Virus record (IMG/VR): IMGVR_UViG_3300036814_000666
Span: 1-24,489 of that record
DNA from: a virus
Lineage: Duplodnaviria > Caudoviricetes
DNA length: 24,489 bases
Reading direction: 5' to 3' (one strand)
The notes under the pieces: model-generated
Told to the model about the DNA's origin: nothing
Database searches by the model: none
What the model saw: only the letters and a program-made list of their open reading frames with translations
Part shown: piece by piece, positions 21,701 to 24,489 of the stretch
How the letters are laid out: every line of letters starts with the position of its first letter
How positions within the stretch are numbered: position 1 is the stretch's first letter
Position numbers and translations under genes: made by a program

Positions 21701-24489
21701 CACTACCCGCCCTAGCAGTTAACCCCATTCTTAACCAGCCATCTAGCTTTTGGCCACGGGGAGCCCACTCCGCATCCCCCCACTTGAAATTTAGCGTCCC
21801 ATCATTGAATGCCTTTATGATTCTGTTTGCAGCGTAGGTATCAAACTTACCACCTTTTGGATACAGTGTCTCTGCCAGCCCAACGTCCGGGTCCCATGCC
21901 CCTGACTCTCTAATCATACGCCTAGACGACGGTAATCTCTCGGCTTCATCCAACAGCCTAGAAATCTCATTCATCTCCCCGGACCCAATACCGGTATAAT
22001 GACCTACAGCTTTTTTCGGGAGCTTCTTTCCCGCATCAGCAGCCCGCGCCCGCTTGACCGCAGCCTCATGGTCGAATTTCACCTTGTTCGGCACAAAACT
22101 TTGAGGCCCCTCGACATATTTTGCAGCCGCTGCTTTGTCGAGAGGACGTGATACATATTGTGACGTGAGCCCATTACCCGCATACGAATCCTTGTAAGTG
22201 TCCGTAACTATATCCTCTATAGCGTAGCGACCATCGTAGACCCCAGCCTCTTTTCGTTCACGCAACGCCGTTTTCCACGCAGCAGAGTACGAGTTATCAG
22301 CGGCTATGTAGCCCCCGGTGTCTACGGGCACAATAACACCCCCACGACGCGCACCTATTTCAGCCGCCGCTTCTACTTGCTGAGGGGCTACACTTTCTAG
22401 TGTAATGATATCGCCACGCACAAAAACCGTGTCCACCTTCGCCGCACGTTTAGGGTCTAGGGTAGGGAACCACGCTGCTGTATCTATGCCCTCTGTTTTG
22501 CTCTGAATGTTCGAGACTTCCATTAAGATTGCGTTACTCTCAACCTCAGTAACATGGAATGCAGCCCCCCTTCCATGTAAAAACTCCTCGGCCTCCTGAC
22601 TGCCGACTTGTATAACCTTGTCCCCCTTCTTTATGTACACCCTCGTCAGCGTTACATCTTCGTATACCGCCCGTGTACCGTCCTTCGTTAACGTCGGTGT
22701 CTTGTTCTCTATGGCATCTAAAACAGCTTTGTGTGGATGCACCGTGGTGTGCATGTACGTTCTATTTATATGTACATCTCCCACCCCCATAGTGCCCTTG
22801 CTGGCAGAGCCTCCGTAAGTCGCAGGCCACACGTCGTCCACCGCTGACCGCCCGGCGGTCCTGCTGTACGGTCTAGGAAACGCCCCCTCCGACGTTTCTA
22901 TCAACTCGTCCAACGCAGGTATCCACTTTTCCCGTGCTTGAAGTTCTAGCGCACCCAACCCCGGTTTCTCGATACCCCTAGCAACGTCATCTATAAGAGT
23001 TGCGTTCTTGCCATCAGCCATTCCATGCATGTAAACAGAAAGCGCCTCACTAGAATTTTCTTTAGCCGTATACCACGACCGCACTGCCTCTATCTCGTCT
23101 CTATCAATAAGTGAGTGGCTAGATATAAAATCGTCCGCTGTTGAAACCTGACCAAGCCCATAGATATCACTGGAAGTGTCTACCGAAGGCACCTCCCGCA
23201 ACCACGAATTTACATCCGTCTCGTCCCGATACTTTCTATAGAAATGCTTAATACCGTCATCAAAAGTACTTGCCTCTGCCGTAACATTCCGTACCGGCTC
23301 TCTTATGGAAGGCATTACAATAATGTCCGAAACGGAAGTCGATGCCCCCCGTATTGGTGCCCCGAACGAGTGGTCCGCCCACTCAATACCCAGTTTCGTT
23401 CCCTTACCAAGACGGGCCGACGTGTTTACACTTTGCGTAGTGGGGACTTGCCTGCCACTTAAAACAGGGAAATCCCACATACCCTCATCGGGTCTAGCAA
23501 AGGCTGACGCTGTAAATACGTCGTCACTAAAAGGCGTGGCCGGGTCTAACAAAGACCTCTTGTATCGAAGAAGATTAGCCTCCTGAAAGCTGCCGAAAGA
23601 CCCAGCAGGCTTGGTCGAATTAGCCAGTGTGCTTTCAAAGGTATTTACCTTTGGCAATAATTCGTCTAGCTGGAACACGGTTCCGGGCGAAGCCACCACG
23701 TTACCATCACCCATATAAAGAACCTTGGCCCCCTCCTCTAATCTCAGTTGCACCAAGACTACTTCCGCATCCGGTGTTGCCTTACGCATACTAGCCGCAT
23801 GCCTAGATGCGCGGCGTATGTCTGTCGTAAGGTACGTGGGGGCTGGGTTTGCGTAAGCCCTACCGACTGCCCCGGCTACGTCCCTTGCACCTTCCTCCAA
23901 CAACTCAGATGCCCGCATCGCACGGTATACGACAAGCTCCTGCGGCAAGGTGGGTACGTTATCAAACACTGTTTTAGCACCAGCGTGCATAGAAAGCTCT
24001 GCTTCCGTTAACGCATCCGCCGACAACGTTCCACGAAACACCTCATCTACCTTAGATATACTCCCCCGAGCCCCCTTAATTTTTTCCGTCGTTCGCCCGC
24101 GATGAGCCCAAGGGGTGTCTATACGCTCTTGAAATTCCTTCTCGATGAACGACTCGAACCCTTCACCACCGCCTAAGCGGCCTACCGGCATCACGTCATC
24201 TAAGTGGAGGCTGACGGGTATATCCCTAGCATCGTCCAATGTCGCTAGGTAGGTCTGTTCTGCTGGCTCAAACTTACTTAACCTCCTCCCACCAGTGGTT
24301 TTAACTTTCCTGCCTGTCTGCTCCAGAACTGGTCGGAATGAGGCGGGGCCAGATGACCCGGCTTCTTCCACCAGTGTGTACTTAATTTCTAAGTCAGCCC
24401 CTATCTTTGACGCCGCCTTCGTTGCGGACTGATTAAGAGGGTCGTTGATTGGGTGCATGTACCTTTCTGAGCTAAGGCCCCCATACCCC
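18789..24489 (-). CDS. Giant polyvalent (MuF-position) protein with three R-S-E-type ADP-ribosyltransferase domains, a GNAT domain and a C-terminal ART-like domain; >=1889 aa, probably 5'-truncated
   Basis: The frame stays open from ATG 24458 to the window edge (GYGGLSSERY-MHPINDPL). ART motifs: LPQELVVYRAM; TYMHTT...QEAEEFLHGRG; LPEDVILMRG...GSWT...FEEEFIL. GNAT motif: LDCFDGFLPEYYKQFGFVE. C-terminal GYDGVVV...SEIVDL. Lies upstream of the protease. A MuF domain itself is not visible in the window. Confidence 0.85.
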   Translation of the reverse strand, partial: GYGGLSSERYMHPINDPLNQSATKAASKIGADLEIKYTLVEEAGSSGPASFRPVLEQTGRKVKTTGGRRLSKFEPAEQTYLATLDDARDIPVSLHLDDVMPVGRLGGGEGFESFIEKEFQERIDTPWAHRGRTTEKIKGARGSISKVDEVFRGTLSADALTEAELSMHAGAKTVFDNVPTLPQELVVYRAMRASELLEEGARDVAGAVGRAYANPAPTYLTTDIRRASRHAASMRKATPDAEVVLVQLRLEEGAKVLYMGDGNVVASPGTVFQLDELLPKVNTFESTLANSTKPAGSFGSFQEANLLRYKRSLLDPATPFSDDVFTASAFARPDEGMWDFPVLSGRQVPTTQSVNTSARLGKGTKLGIEWADHSFGAPIRGASTSVSDIIVMPSIREPVRNVTAEASTFDDGIKHFYRKYRDETDVNSWLREVPSVDTSSDIYGLGQVSTADDFISSHSLIDRDEIEAVRSWYTAKENSSEALSVYMHGMADGKNATLIDDVARGIEKPGLGALELQAREKWIPALDELIETSEGAFPRPYSRTAGRSAVDDVWPATYGGSASKGTMGVGDVHINRTYMHTTVHPHKAVLDAIENKTPTLTKDGTRAVYEDVTLTRVYIKKGDKVIQVGSQEAEEFLHGRGAAFHVTEVESNAILMEVSNIQSKTEGIDTAAWFPTLDPKRAAKVDTVFVRGDIITLESVAPQQVEAAAEIGARRGGVIVPVDTGGYIAADNSYSAAWKTALRERKEAGVYDGRYAIEDIVTDTYKDSYAGNGLTSQYVSRPLDKAAAAKYVEGPQSFVPNKVKFDHEAAVKRARAADAGKKLPKKAVGHYTGIGSGEMNEISRLLDEAERLPSSRRMIRESGAWDPDVGLAETLYPKGGKFDTYAANRIIKAFNDGTLNFKWGDAEWAPRGQKLDGWLRMGLTARAGSGTTLRMQLSLQQALKYKSSPLPEDVILMRGIKGAHPGRMGGFKEGELFTNWTTGSWTGDPNLASSFGRLGGRTVDDIDDLLNLGKVTSDGSRVYSPAIVAAKKERGIMLRVKYPKGAPYTTAPDFFEEEFILGPSTFRIKKATYRGHGEASFHDVNWELRGESKALLPENAKAFADGQWGKLGLADDEIAELDQLQNFRDWLTKASQLPDDDILWVTTPYTRSDFVETLDALTDSAKYRAAVEEAAGAGREFLEGMASRAKLAGTIRPFQPPLTRWPVLSQIQVGEGSVHSGRHRVRVTIPYESIPARVLDLEYVPTAAAAEAIAPVQTQAALAEAAVKLVDDADVTFKRIARVTDEDFLPKTWLSDVDPDDARSVFTDTDIGARKIFVTEVKPADVAAHIKNGGSMHVSDSRKVGALVTDKGTVGNLFNSNGPGAGREMLLDLIENGDAKTLDCFDGFLPEYYKQFGFVEYKRVKWNDAYAPKKWDYGKHGRPDIVYMKYAGGNRATVRQRFIAGQSLTSDAQSAFERGAAISHQAEIRASFKGGAGGEMAKRKSLAAGRAVERNDKSRLILNQLAEPTDKRSPAWAIRFGDEGNEFWLGTSDVGPDLRRATTDRAAVANTVETLTTVQGFNSVDEVIEWAVSRGAKRESVTAVSRSLEAKYSRARLIDPSLRSGASAEVLVQEAKRAAKAVKKKDAQRVFLDLLERPDITRNIDGVTSRHRLSKTVRKQLFLDSVDDMTELHRSESFLPDIVTKPYSVVEVELPTPVARATGTVFDSSTLVITPPSNVAKKVIPVIKPTPGSSQIDDTASAFYGKGSGEKVTFRYVRNPEPAPNFGSLYGQDVEPAGMYVNEATSGHVPPGYDSGTLTFKSPLYIEATGAYQDKSSWKHVLSSRYRTTADSVGTTLSRRIVQDGYDGVVVIEPATAKRGSYVSEIVDLRSFVTKSEALLEDVLQNSRYLHGVGGASLS

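Larger units (their letters stand above)
1..24489 (-). mobile_element. Tailed phage/prophage virion morphogenesis module (siphovirus-type head and tail genes)
   Basis: Tightly packed, co-oriented minus-strand genes in canonical order: protease, scaffold, capsid, neck, tail tube, chaperone, tape measure, Dit, tip. No sheath gene is present. Free phage and prophage cannot be distinguished from this window. Confidence 0.97.

Noticed and set aside
672-24011. Numerous plus-strand ORFs of 60-212 aa in the track
   Set aside because: All lie antisense to well-supported minus-strand phage genes and show no recognisable motifs; treated as shadow ORFs.
24456-24489. ATG 24458 as the true start of the giant protein
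   Set aside because: Only a weak AAGG lies upstream, the frame is open to the window edge, and RYMHPINDPL resembles the internal Y..IN..L helix of ART domains. The gene more likely starts outside the window, though this cannot be settled here.
1-24489. Stop-codon recoding, introns/inteins, DGR repeats, tRNA or CRISPR arrays
   Set aside because: TAG, TGA and TAA all end genes at expected places, genes are uninterrupted, intergenic gaps are 80 nt or less, and no long repeats or intein termini were seen by eye.

Overview
The window is one contiguous minus-strand block of a tailed dsDNA phage or prophage, covering the head and long non-contractile tail morphogenesis genes. It uses the standard code (TAA, TAG and TGA all end genes). 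No host genes, att sites, tRNAs or CRISPR repeats are visible. In transcription order (right to left): a >=1889-aa polyvalent protein in the slot usually held by MuF/minor head proteins, probably cut at the right edge; two small translationally coupled ORFs; an XkdF-like prohead protease with a long modular N-terminus; an acidic scaffold-like protein; an HK97-fold major capsid protein followed by a terminator; neck proteins; tail tube; tail chaperone G/GT with a GGGAAAC -1 frameshift; tape measure; Dit; DUF1833; NlpC/P60; and a >1240-aa J-like tail tip protein that is missing from the ORF track because it runs off the left edge. Four things stand out. (1) The giant protein carries three tandem R-S-E-type ADP-ribosyltransferase domains with different catalytic residues, a GNAT domain and a fourth ART-like domain, and is followed by two candidate immunity genes. 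(2) The protease ORF begins with an in-register copy of the capsid protein's N-terminal arm and has a strong internal Shine-Dalgarno plus GTG just after it. (3) The 'VSLV..xAN' protease strand lies on the neighbouring scaffold gene. (4) V-x-K|S/T motifs recur in the head proteins and may be maturation cleavage sites. All family assignments come from motif recognition by eye; no database searches were run.
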